Under the pieces are notes generated by a model. It was given only the letters and a program-made list of their open reading frames with translations. It did no database searches and was not told where the DNA came from. From Deltaproteobacteria bacterium (lineage in GTDB: Bacteria > Myxococcota_A > Polyangia > Haliangiales > Haliangiaceae): a DNA stretch of 34,325 nucleotides. Positions 1 to 10,343 of the stretch are shown here, one piece after another (the stretch's first letter is position 1; every line of letters begins with the position of its first letter). The position numbers were made by a program, and so were the translations under genes. The stretch spans positions 1 to 34,325 of the forward strand of contig JAIOQA010000083.1 in NCBI GenBank assembly GCA_021413675.1, in the 5' to 3' direction.

Positions 1-655
1 TCACCAGCTTGCCGCGCCAGCGCGTGGCGCGCGCGCGCGACACCAGCCGCGCGCCGCGCCTCAGGCCGATCACCGTCTGCAACATGCCGCGCCGCACGAG
101 CAGCATGCCGAGCCCGATCCCGATCGCCGCGAGCCCGCCGCCCACCAGCATGACGACGCGCAGGCCGGTCGGCAGCGGCAGCACCAGCGCGCAGATCGGC
201 GCGCCGATCGCCACGCTGGTGAGCCGGAGCCCGACGCTGGCGAGGTTGTAGCGGATCACCGCCGCGATCGCGCGGTTCGGCGTGGTCCGCGTCATCAGCG
301 CGGTCGCCTTGGTCGCCTCGCCGAGCGCGGCGAGCGGCGTCACCGCGTTCACGGCGCGCCCGGTGACCTGCGCGTGGAGCACCTGCAGGTAGCTCGGTCG
401 GCGGCCGCCCGCGCCGAGGAACCCGGACAGCGCGGCGCTGTCGGACGCGGTGATCGCGACCTCGATCGCGATCACGACCGCGAAGCCGGCGCCGATGTCG
501 GCGATCTGCGTCACCAGCTCGTGCGGCCCGACCGACCACACCGTCGCGACCAGCGCCACCGCCGCGATCGCCACCGAGATCGCCGTGACGTAGCCGGTCC
601 ACGAGGGCGCGGCGGCGTCCTCGTGCGGTGGCGTCTTCTCGGGCGGCGATGACAC
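1..655 (-). CDS. Partial (3' end off-window) integral membrane protein resembling the lysylphosphatidylglycerol-synthase-like / flippase-like TM domain family
   Basis: The minus-strand translation from GTG at 653-655 reads VSSPPEKTPPHEDAAAPSWTGYVTAISVAIAAVALVATVWSVGPHELVTQIADIGAGFAVVIAIEVAITASDSAALSGFLGAGG...LQVLHAQVTGRAVNAVTPLAALGEATKA. GC3 is high, it has alternating TM helices and it is not in the ORF track because it runs off the window. The start is uncertain: in-frame ATG at 761-763 is also possible, but 656-680 is AT-richer and looks non-coding. Confidence 0.45.
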   Translation of the reverse strand, partial: MSSPPEKTPPHEDAAAPSWTGYVTAISVAIAAVALVATVWSVGPHELVTQIADIGAGFAVVIAIEVAITASDSAALSGFLGAGGRRPSYLQVLHAQVTGRAVNAVTPLAALGEATKATALMTRTTPNRAIAAVIRYNLASVGLRLTSVAIGAPICALVLPLPTGLRVVMLVGGGLAAIGIGLGMLLVRRGMLQTVIGLRRGARLVSRARATRWRGKLV

Positions 656-838
656 GTCAGTAGAGTAAGCAACGATGAGGCCAGCGCCATCGCCGACGGC
701 GACAGCCGGCGGCGACGCCGTCACGTGCAGGAACTGCGCAAGTGCGCAGCGGCCGGGCCGCATCCTGCATCGGGGGCGCGGCGGCGAATCAGGGTCGTGC
801 GGGTGCGCGCCCGACGAGCGCCTGCGCCACACCCCGGA

Positions 839-1063
839 TCAGCGGGCGCGACGGGTGAGCGCGATCCGCGGCACCCGTCCGAGGGCGAGCTGCACCCCGA
901 CCCGCGCGCCGTCGTAGACGGCGTCCTGGAGCCAGGCCTTGCCGGCCTCCACGTCGACGACCCGTCCGTCGGGCAACAGGCACGTCGGGTCGCGCATCGT
1001 GGCGGCCAGCTCGATCAGCTCGCTCCACGCGTCGATCCAGCGCATCTCGATGTCCGCGGACAT
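839..1063 (-). CDS. Hypothetical small protein (74 aa)
   Basis: It is a track ORF. GC3 is almost entirely G/C in this frame, consistent with real coding. It sits 4 nt downstream of the 109-aa ORF on the same strand. No family was recognised. Confidence 0.5.
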   Translation of the reverse strand: MSADIEMRWIDAWSELIELAATMRDPTCLLPDGRVVDVEAGKAWLQDAVYDGARVGVQLALGRVPRIALTRRAR

Positions 1064-1067
1064 CGCG

Positions 1068-1397
1068 TCAGATCGGGACCTGCGCCCACTCGGGCAGCGC
1101 GTCGAACTCGGCGTAGTGGACGAGCAGCCGGATCTTGTCGGCGATCGTCGTCGATCGCCCGGCGAACACGCCGAGCGCCTCGCGCGCGACCTCGACCTCG
1201 AGGAAGTACGCGAGCCCGGTCGCCGCCTCGAAGTCGCGCGCGAGCACGCCCTCCTCCGGCAGGACCGACACGCACCGCGAGGCCGCCGACCACGGCTGCT
1301 GGACGTAGAGCGTCGCGAGCGCGTCGAGCGCGTCGAGCTGCATCACCGCCTCGGCGAGCCGCATCGTCGCGAGCGTCGGAGCCGTGAGGTCGGACAT
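1068..1397 (-). CDS. Hypothetical small protein (109 aa)
   Basis: It is a track ORF with strongly G/C-biased third positions. It lies 30 nt downstream of the PP2C gene on the same strand. A weak LDALDAL resemblance to barstar-type motifs is not convincing. Confidence 0.55.
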   Translation of the reverse strand: MSDLTAPTLATMRLAEAVMQLDALDALATLYVQQPWSAASRCVSVLPEEGVLARDFEAATGLAYFLEVEVAREALGVFAGRSTTIADKIRLLVHYAEFDALPEWAQVPI

Positions 1398-1427
1398 TCC
1401 GCCCAGTGTACGCGCGATCGCGCGCCG

Positions 1428-2069
1428 TCACCCGTCGGCGCGGACCACGATGATCGCGGCGTCGTCGGGCATCGCCCCCGACGGCAGCCGGACCCGCGCG
1501 ACCAGCGCCGGCCCGATCGCGGCGAGGTCGGGGCCGCGCGCGATCGCCGCGATCGCGTCGCGCGGCGCGTAGGCGAACAGCCCATCCGAGGCGACCACGA
1601 GCGTGCCCGCGAGGATCGCGCCGCGCCCGAGCGGCGCGACCCGCGCCCCGCTGCCGAGCAGCGGCTTGCGCGCCTGATCGGCGGTCAGCTCGTCGATCGC
1701 GTCGGCGCGGACGATCCAGGCGCCCGAGTCGCCGACGCTCGCGCCCACGACGCCATACCGCGTGACGTGCGCGACGACCGCGGTGCACTGCCCGTGGCCC
1801 AGGGCCGCTGGCGCGCGATCGAGGCGGGTCAGGAGGCGCATCCACGCCGCCGCCACGCCGCCGCGCATCCCCTCGGCGACCTCGGCGACGGCCGCGATCA
1901 CCGCGTCGGCGGCGGTCGCGCCGCTCGAGGTGCCGCCGGCGCCGTCGGCGAGCGCCACGACCAGGCCGTCGGGCACCGCGAAGACCGCGGCGCGATCCTC
2001 CCCGGCGCCGCGGGCGGGCGCGCTGGTCAGGCTCCACCGGAAGCCCGCGTGTGCACCCGCGCCGGTCAT
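1428..2069 (-). CDS. PP2C-family (SpoIIE/RsbU-like) serine/threonine protein phosphatase, short form (213 aa)
   Basis: It has PP2C-type motifs: VFAVPDGLVVALADGAGG, VGASVGDSGAW, LVVASDGLF and a C-terminal DD. The start cat at 2067-2069 was verified. It is 9 nt downstream of the hybrid kinase. Confidence 0.75.
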   Translation of the reverse strand: MTGAGAHAGFRWSLTSAPARGAGEDRAAVFAVPDGLVVALADGAGGTSSGATAADAVIAAVAEVAEGMRGGVAAAWMRLLTRLDRAPAALGHGQCTAVVAHVTRYGVVGASVGDSGAWIVRADAIDELTADQARKPLLGSGARVAPLGRGAILAGTLVVASDGLFAYAPRDAIAAIARGPDLAAIGPALVARVRLPSGAMPDDAAIIVVRADG

Positions 2070-2078
2070 CGTCCGAGG

Positions 2079-3578
2079 CTACGCCTGGTCGAGCGCGGTC
2101 CGCACCCGGATCGCCAGCTGCTCTGGCGTGTACGGCTTGTCGAGCACCTGCCAGGTGTCGCGCATCACGCGGCTCTCGTCGGCGAAGCCCGAGGTGACGA
2201 GCACGCGCAGCTCGGGTCGCAGCGCGCGCAGCGCGATCGCCAGCCGCAGCCCGTTCATCTGCGGCATCGCGTAGTCGGTGAACAGCAGGTGGATCGGCCC
2301 GACGTGGCCCTCGGCCACGCGCAGCGCGTCGGCGCCGTCGCGCGCGGTGAGCACGACGTAGCCCAGCTCGGTGAGGATCGTCGTGACCAGCTTGCGCAGC
2401 GCGTCCTCGTCCTCGGCGACCAGGATGGTCTCGCCACCCCGCACGACCGCGACCTCGGGCGCCGCCGCGGCCTCGGCGAGCGCGGCGGTCGGCAGGTGGA
2501 TGACGAACGTCGTGCCCTGGCCGGGCGCGCTGTCGACGTTCACGTACCCGCCGTTCTGGTGGATCACGCCCTGCACCGTCGCGAGCCCGAGGCCGGTGCC
2601 GCGGCCGAGGTCCTTGGTCGTGAAGAACGGCTCGAAGATGCGCTCGCGGGTCGCGGCGTCCATGCCCTCGCCGTCGTCGGCGACCGTGATCCGGACGTAC
2701 TCGCCGCGCGGCACGAGCGCGCCGTCGTGCGCGATCGCCACCCGGTGGGTCGCGATCCGCAGCGCGCCGCCCGATGGCATCGCGTCGCGCGCGTTGGCGG
2801 CGAGGTTGAAGAGCACCTGCTCGAGCTCGACCTGGGCGATCCGCGCCGGGCCGGTCGCGGGCGCCGCCTCGAACGCCAGCGCGACGTGGGCGCCGACGAG
2901 GCGCGCGAGCAGCGGCATCATCGCCTCGATCACCGCGGCGACGTCGCACGCGTCGGTGGCGGGCTCGCGCCGGCGCGCGAACGTCAGGAGCTGTCGGGTC
3001 AGCGCCGCCGCGCGCTCGGCCGCCTCGAGCGTGACGGTGAGGTCGGCGCGGCTGCGATCGTCGGGGCCGAGCCGGCGCATCGCGAGCGAGGTCGCCGTCG
3101 TGATGACCGTGAGCAGGTTGTTGAAGTCGTGCGCGATGCCGCCGGCGAGCCGCCCGATGCTCTCGAGCTTGCGGGCCTCGACCAGCGCGCTCTCGAGGCG
3201 CTTGCGCTCGGTGATGTCGTGCAGCGTCGCCACCAGCTGCACGATCCGGCCGGCGTCGTCGAACTCGGGGTCGACGTTGACCATCAGCCACACGCGGTCG
3301 GCGCGCCGCGGCCGGTACACGCCCATGACCACGTTGCGGACCGGCTTGCCGGTCGCGAGCACCTGCGACATCGGGCGCTGCGCCGCCTCGAACGGCGTGC
3401 CGTCCTCGCGCACGATGTTCCAGTCGGGATCGTACGAGGTCTTGCCGCGGTACTGGTCCTCGTCGAGCCCGAGCAGCTCGAGCGCCGCCGGGTTGCACAG
3501 CAGCACCTCGGTGCTGGGGCCCTGCACCACCACGCCGACGCGGAGCGCCTCGACGAGCGCGGCGAAGCGATCAGGCAT
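2079..3578 (-). CDS. Hybrid sensor histidine kinase (PAS - HisKA - HATPase_c - receiver)
   Basis: It has an N-terminal PAS-like region, an H-box IAHDFNNLL, an N/G1/G2 ATPase region (LFNLAANARDAM...DDGEGMD...GTGLGLA) and a C-terminal receiver (ILVAEDEDALR...LFTDYAMPQMNG...KPYT). The start cat at 3576-3578 overlaps the upstream hydrolase stop by 8 nt. Confidence 0.9.
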   Translation of the reverse strand: MPDRFAALVEALRVGVVVQGPSTEVLLCNPAALELLGLDEDQYRGKTSYDPDWNIVREDGTPFEAAQRPMSQVLATGKPVRNVVMGVYRPRRADRVWLMVNVDPEFDDAGRIVQLVATLHDITERKRLESALVEARKLESIGRLAGGIAHDFNNLLTVITTATSLAMRRLGPDDRSRADLTVTLEAAERAAALTRQLLTFARRREPATDACDVAAVIEAMMPLLARLVGAHVALAFEAAPATGPARIAQVELEQVLFNLAANARDAMPSGGALRIATHRVAIAHDGALVPRGEYVRITVADDGEGMDAATRERIFEPFFTTKDLGRGTGLGLATVQGVIHQNGGYVNVDSAPGQGTTFVIHLPTAALAEAAAAPEVAVVRGGETILVAEDEDALRKLVTTILTELGYVVLTARDGADALRVAEGHVGPIHLLFTDYAMPQMNGLRLAIALRALRPELRVLVTSGFADESRVMRDTWQVLDKPYTPEQLAIRVRTALDQA

Positions 3579-4287
3579 GAGCCAAGAGCGCCGCGGCGGC
3601 GAGGTCCGGCGCGGTGACCATGACGTCGTGGGGGGCGTCGAGCCGCGCGAAGCGCCAGCCCTCCGCCTGCGCGCGCGCCGCGAACCCGGCGAGCGGATCG
3701 ACGCCGAACAGCGCGATCAGCCCGGCGTGCTGCGTGCATTCGAGGTAGCTGCGGGCCAGCCCATCCGGCGCGCCGGCCAGCCGCACCGGCTCGAGCAGCG
3801 TCCGCATCGGGTGCGGGTGGCGCCGCGGCGCGACCCACGCGACGTCGGCAGGCGCCGTCACCCCGACGGCGTCGAGCGGCAGCGGCGGGAGCTGCCAGGT
3901 CTCGTCGGAGAGCGCGGCCAGCCCCGCGGTCGTGGCCTCGCCCATCGCGCCGCTCGCGGTCTGGCCATCGATCGGCGCCTGGGCGTCGAGGTAGACGAGC
4001 GCCTTGAGCCGCGCCGCCTGCCGGCTCGCGACCACGGTCGCGACCGTCCCGCCGTAGCTGTGCCCGACCAGGATCCCGTCGTGCACGTCCTCGTGGACCA
4101 GCGTCGCCTCGAGATCGCAGACGTGGGTCTCGAGCCCGATCTCGCGCGACAGCAGGTGGATGCGATCACCGCAGCCGGTGAGGGTGGGCGTCAGCACCTC
4201 GTGGCCGGCCGCGCGCAGCCGCGCCGCGACCCGGGCCCAGATCCAGCCGCCGTGAAAGGCGCCGTGCATCAGGATGAAGCAAGCCAT
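3571..4287 (-). CDS. Alpha/beta-fold hydrolase (SABP2/methylesterase-like, 238 aa)
   Basis: The real gene is the C-terminal 238 aa of the 720-aa track ORF. It reads MACFILMHGAFHGGWIWARV..., with a nucleophile elbow GHSYGG. A strong SD GGAGGGGGG lies upstream of the ATG (cat at 4285-4287). The upstream part of the track ORF is Arg-rich read-through. Confidence 0.8.
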   Translation of the reverse strand: MACFILMHGAFHGGWIWARVAARLRAAGHEVLTPTLTGCGDRIHLLSREIGLETHVCDLEATLVHEDVHDGILVGHSYGGTVATVVASRQAARLKALVYLDAQAPIDGQTASGAMGEATTAGLAALSDETWQLPPLPLDAVGVTAPADVAWVAPRRHPHPMRTLLEPVRLAGAPDGLARSYLECTQHAGLIALFGVDPLAGFAARAQAEGWRFARLDAPHDVMVTAPDLAAAALLAHA

Positions 4288-4380
4288 CGTCCCCCCTCCG
4301 GAGCGAATAGTCCGGCCGGCGCGGCCGAAAGTCGAGGGGGCGGACGTCGAGGGGCGTGAGGACGCGGCCTGCGCGTCCGG

Positions 4381-4418
4381 AACGAAAACGGCCCGGTGAT
4401 CCGCTGGATCACCGGGCC
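4381..4418 (-). terminator. Rho-independent terminator of the EF-G gene
   Basis: A perfect 13-bp stem GGCCCGGTGATCC/GGATCACCGGGCC with a 3-nt loop at 4390-4418. On the transcribed minus strand it is followed by GTTTTCGTT (4381-4389). It lies 6 nt downstream of the EF-G stop. Confidence 0.6.
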
Positions 4419-4424
4419 TCTTCG

Positions 4425-6449
<2,025 letters not shown>

Positions 6450-7016
6450 GGCTGTTCCATGGCGAGACCGGGAGTTCCGGTCGCGCGGACGAGCGAGAGT
6501 GATCCGCCAGGCGGGCCGCGCGAGCCGGCAGGCCTGTCGAGCGGCCCCGTCGACGACGACGGGCCCGATTCCGGACAGACCTCAGCCGGCGACGTGGTCG
6601 CCAGAGGGCGGATCGCGGGGTTGGCGATCGCGCATCATCCGCGTCGGAGCGGTCGCGGCGGATCTCGACGAGAGACCGCGCGCGACGGAGGGGTGCTCCG
6701 CCGCGGCCTAGCGACGTCCCGGAAACACGGACAGGACGCAGTAATCATGCGCGCGCACGCTCGCCGCCACGTGGGCAGCGGTTGCGCGGGGGAAGCGGAG
6801 CTTCGGCATGACGATCCTCGGGCGTCACCCTAGAGTCGCGATCACCGGATGTCAACAACCCATCTCGAAGTGACCGAGTCTGCGCCGATGATCGCGAGTG
6901 CGAGATCGCGAGATCGGGAGACCGCGGCGCGGCCGCGGGAGGGGCATCGCCCGCGCATTTTGGTTGACGATGAACCGGCGTCCGCGCTACTGGTCCGGCC
7001 ACTCAAGGAGCACATC

Positions 7017-7878
7017 GTGACCCTCGCCCGCACACTCACCTACGCCATCCTGACCCTGCCCATGCTGGCGTGCGCGGTCGACAAGGCCGACGTCGACGAG
7101 GACTTCAGCGACCTCGCCGGCCTCGACGCGAAGTCGGACTACTTCTCGTACCGCCTCAAGCTCCTCGGCACCCTCACCGACGGTGACGCGAAGACCGTGC
7201 GCTACACCAAGACCCCGCGGTTCCGCGGCTACGACTTCACGGCCCTGCCCGGCGAGTCGGTCGACGTCTGGGTCCGCTCGTCGACCGGCGATGCGCTGGC
7301 GTGGGTCCTCGACGGCAAGTTCCGCGTCATCGCCAAGAACGATGACGCCGACGACACCACGTACGACGCGCACCTCGCGGTCGTGTTGCCCGCGAGCGGC
7401 ACCACCGATCACCGGTACTACGTCGTCTTCCGCGACTACGACGCCGCGAGCCGCACGTTCCACGTCAGCTTCGCGCACGCGGCGACCGCGCCCACCGACG
7501 CGGCGTGGCAGCGCGCGGCGGAGGACCGGATCGCGCAGCTGGTCGGCGATTACGCGCCGCTGGCGGCGTTTGCGGTGCCGGCCTCGGCGATGCCGGCGGC
7601 AGCCAAGGACCGCATCGCGGCGAGCGCCGCGGTGCTCGAGGTGCCCACGACCTACACGATCGACGTCGACGGGCGGCCCGTCGATCGACGGCGCCGGGCG
7701 CTGGTTCGCGCACGGCATCGGCCGCTCCGTCTGGGATGGCGGCGGCGGGCTGGCCTGGTCGCTCGACAGCGCCGATCCGACGATGTGCCGCTGCACCGGG
7801 ACGGGCGCGAGCGCGACGGCGACGTGCACCTGGATGGACGGCAGCACCTCGCCGGCGACCGAGCTGACCTGCGAGTGA
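7017..7878 (+). pseudogene. Lipoprotein with a bacterial pre-peptidase C-terminal (PPC)-like domain and an apparent +1 frameshift near 7665-7690 (disrupted gene or sequencing indel)
   Basis: GTG at 7017 lies 6 nt after AAGGAG. The signal and lipobox read TLARTLTYAILTLPMLAC, and a PPC-like segment reads GESVDVWVRSSTGDALAWVLDGKF...DDADDTTYDAHLAVVLPASGTTDHRYYVVFRDYD. After ...TYTIDVDGRP the high-GC3 coding frame moves to +1, reading SIDGAGRWFAHGIGRSVWDGGGGLAW...CTWMDGSTSPATELTCE and stopping at 7876-7878. The original frame continues as low-GC3 Arg-rich text to 8081. Confidence 0.5.
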
Positions 7879-7915
7879 CCCGCGGGCCGCGGTCGGCGCG
7901 CTCGCGCGGCGCGGT

Positions 7916-9064
7916 TCACGCCGCCATCGCACCCACGCGGTGCGGCCCCGGCGCGACCGCCGGCCGCGGCGCGACCGCCGCGGACGCGCGCTTCACCGAC
8001 CGCCGCGCCGACGGCAGCGCGAGCGTGGCGATCCGCTTCGCGACGCTGCCGAGCTGCTTCGCGAAGCTGCCAGTCGCGTAGCTCTGGCCGTAGCGCGCGC
8101 AGATCGCGCGGACCTTCGGCGCGAGCTCGGGATAGCGCGACGCCGGCAGATCGGGGAACAGGTGGTGCTCGATCTGGTGGCTCAGGTGCCCGGTCAGGAC
8201 ATGCAGCCAGCGGCTGCCCTCGATGTTGGCCGAGCCGTTGAGCTGGCGCGCGTACCACTCGCCGCGGCTCTCGTGCTCGGTGTCGGCGCGATCGTAGACC
8301 TGCACGCCCTCGGGGAAGTGGCCGCAGAAGATGACCGCGAAGGTCCACAGGTTGCGCCCGAGGTTGGCGAGCCAGTTGCCCGCGATCACCCGCGGCGCGT
8401 TGCCGAGCGCGAGCGCCGGGTAGAACACGTAGTCCTTGCCCAGCTGCCAGCCGGCCTTGCGCAGGAACGGTCGCGCGCGCTCGCGCAGCGCCGCGAACGA
8501 CTGCTTGCCGGCGAAGGCCTCGTCGATGCGCAGATCGTGGGTCGCGACACCCCACTGGAAGTTGACCGCGAGCGCGAGCGCGGTCAGGGGCTGCGCCAGG
8601 TGCGACGGCCGCCACGCCTGGGCCTCGTTGACCCGCAGGAAGCCGTAGCCGACGTCGCGGTCCTTGCCGAGGATGTTGGTGAACGTGTGGTGCTCGTAGT
8701 TGTGCGAGTGGCGCCAGTCGCCCGCGTCGCACGCGTTGTCCCACTCGTAGGCATGGCCGGCGAGCGCCGGATCGCCGGTCCAGTCGTACTGGCCGTGCAT
8801 CACGTTGTGGCCGATCTCCATGTTGTCGAGGATCTTGGCCAGGGTCAGCGCGGTGGTGCCGACCGCGAACGTGATCGGCCCGAGGCCCACGTGCAGGAGC
8901 ACGCGACCGGTCGCCTCGCAGGTGTTGGCGACCTTGATCACCGCGCGGATGTGGTCGACGTCGCGCTGGCCGAGGTCGGCGAGCACCTCGGTGCGCAGCG
9001 CATCGAGCTCGCGGCCGAACGCGTCGGCCTCGTCGCGGGTCAGGGTCCGGCTCGGGGTCGTCAT
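7916..9064 (-). CDS. desB: Membrane acyl-CoA/acyl-lipid fatty acid desaturase (DesB/DesA3-type)
   Basis: Three His boxes are present: HNVMHGQY, HSHNYEHH and HQIEHHLFP. It has hydrophobic membrane segments. The SD GAGAGGA precedes the ATG (cat at 9062-9064). It is the downstream partner of the oxidoreductase, matching Pseudomonas desCB. Confidence 0.88.
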   Translation of the reverse strand: MTTPSRTLTRDEADAFGRELDALRTEVLADLGQRDVDHIRAVIKVANTCEATGRVLLHVGLGPITFAVGTTALTLAKILDNMEIGHNVMHGQYDWTGDPALAGHAYEWDNACDAGDWRHSHNYEHHTFTNILGKDRDVGYGFLRVNEAQAWRPSHLAQPLTALALAVNFQWGVATHDLRIDEAFAGKQSFAALRERARPFLRKAGWQLGKDYVFYPALALGNAPRVIAGNWLANLGRNLWTFAVIFCGHFPEGVQVYDRADTEHESRGEWYARQLNGSANIEGSRWLHVLTGHLSHQIEHHLFPDLPASRYPELAPKVRAICARYGQSYATGSFAKQLGSVAKRIATLALPSARRSVKRASAAVAPRPAVAPGPHRVGAMAA

Positions 9065-9095
9065 GGGTTCGTCCTCTCGTTCGAAAAGGTCAGGG

Positions 9096-10190
9096 TCACA
9101 GCGCCAGCTCGAGATCCGAGCGCGCCGCGGAGATGCACAGCTGGATGTCCTGATCCGGCGCGCTCGACTCGACGCCGGTGATCAGGTTCACGACCGTGCC
9201 GCTGGTCTTGCGGCAGGTGCAGGTGTGGCAGATGCCGATGCGGCAGCCCGACGCCGGGCGCTCGCCGGCGCGCTCGAGCTGCTCGAGCAGCGAGCCATCG
9301 GTCGAGGCGGGCACCGTGCGCGCCGCCCGCGCGAGCGACAGCTGCACCCGCGCGGCCGGGCCGCTGGCCGCGCGCGGCGCGGGCACGACGAACCGCTCCT
9401 GGTGGAGGCGATCGGCGAGCCCGTCCTGCGCCCACATCGCGGCGACGCGATCCATGAGGCCGGTCGGCCCGCACACGAAGGTCGCGCGGCGCGCGCGATC
9501 GGGGACCGCGGCGGCGAGCGCGGCCTCGTCGAAGCCACCGCCCTCGTCATCGAGGCGGAGGATCAGCCGCAGGCCCGGGTGACGCGCGGCCAGCCGGGCC
9601 AGCTCGCCGCGGAACGGCACGTCGGTGGCACTGCGCGCGTGGTGCACGAAGACCACGTCGTCGACCGCGCCCGTCGCCGCGAGCTCGCGCAGCATCGACA
9701 TGACCGGCGTGATGCCGCTGCCGCCGCTCAGCAGCAGCAGCGGCCGGGGTGCGTCGGGCAGCGTGAACTCGCCGGCGGGCGCGCCCAGGCGCAGGACCTG
9801 GCCCGCCTTCACGTGGTCGTGCAGCCAGCCCGAGACCCGGCCGCCGGGCACGCGCTTGACCGTGATCGACAGCGTGCGCGCCGACGGCGGCGACGCGATC
9901 GAGTAGCAGCGGCGCACGCGCACGCCGTCCAGCTCGACCTCGACCGTCGCGAACTGCCCGGCCTTGTGCCCGGGCCAGCGCCGGTTGGGCGCGAGCACGA
10001 AGGTCTTCACGTCCGGGGTCTCGGCGATGACCTCGATCACGCGCGCCTGGACGTGGCGAAACGAGCGGGCGCTGCCGACCGCGCCCAGCCAGAACTCGGC
10101 CTGGCGGTCGAGGAACAGCCCGCGGGCGACCGCGGTGGCGGTGGCGCGCCAGGTGCGGGCGGCGGAGGTGGGCATCGCGGGGGTGGTCAT
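9096..10190 (-). CDS. desC: Desaturase-associated oxidoreductase with FAD/NAD(P)-binding ferredoxin-reductase fold and a C-terminal 2Fe-2S ferredoxin domain (DesC / Rv3230c-like)
   Basis: It reads RCYSIAS...GGRVSGWL (FAD-binding), LLLSGGSGITPVMSM (NAD-binding) and a C-terminal CRIGICHTCTC cluster. The start was chosen at the second ATG (10188-10190), which has AAAGGAG 5 nt upstream. The track ORF extends 12 codons further. Confidence 0.85.
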   Translation of the reverse strand: MTTPAMPTSAARTWRATATAVARGLFLDRQAEFWLGAVGSARSFRHVQARVIEVIAETPDVKTFVLAPNRRWPGHKAGQFATVEVELDGVRVRRCYSIASPPSARTLSITVKRVPGGRVSGWLHDHVKAGQVLRLGAPAGEFTLPDAPRPLLLLSGGSGITPVMSMLRELAATGAVDDVVFVHHARSATDVPFRGELARLAARHPGLRLILRLDDEGGGFDEAALAAAVPDRARRATFVCGPTGLMDRVAAMWAQDGLADRLHQERFVVPAPRAASGPAARVQLSLARAARTVPASTDGSLLEQLERAGERPASGCRIGICHTCTCRKTSGTVVNLITGVESSAPDQDIQLCISAARSDLELAL

Positions 10191-10200
10191 CGGGGCTCCT

Positions 10201-10217
10201 TTGTTACGCAACCGTAA
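10201..10217. promoter_or_regulatory. Candidate TetR (DesT-like) operator half-site pair 1: TTGTTACGCAACCGTAA
   Basis: It lies in the divergent intergenic region between desC and the TetR gene. A near-identical copy with the 8-bp core inverted occurs 97 bp away at 10299-10316. Confidence 0.4.
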
Positions 10218-10298
10218 GTTACTCATTCGTAGGTTTCAGTCAATCCCCAATCGACGCACCGCACCACAGCGCCGGCTATCGTGCGGGATGCGCTCGGA

Positions 10299-10316
10299 TT
10301 GTTACCGTTGCGTAAC
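10299..10316. promoter_or_regulatory. Candidate TetR (DesT-like) operator site 2: TTGTTACCGTTGCGTAAC
   Basis: Its reverse complement GTTACGCAACGGTAACAA matches site 1 except for one base. It lies 27 nt upstream of the TetR start codon. Confidence 0.4.
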
Positions 10317-10343
10317 CTACGGTCGTGGCTTAGCGTGGCCGCC

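Noticed and set aside
939-3617. Very long + strand ORF (892 aa) and its antisense 827-aa partner (1015-3498), overlapping the PP2C and hybrid kinase genes
   Set aside because: Both translations are Arg/Ala/Gly/Asp low-complexity with low GC3. They are typical alternative-frame or antisense open frames of a 72% GC genome. The real genes are the minus-strand 1428-2069 and 2079-3578.
6987-10217. ORFs 6987-8744(-), 7183-7878(+ N-terminal part), 7940-9181(+), 8805-10217(+), 9061-9474(-), 9178-9582(+)
   Set aside because: These are frame or antisense artefacts over the lipoprotein, desaturase and oxidoreductase genes. Only the last 65 aa of 7183-7878 are real, and they form the post-frameshift tail of the lipoprotein.
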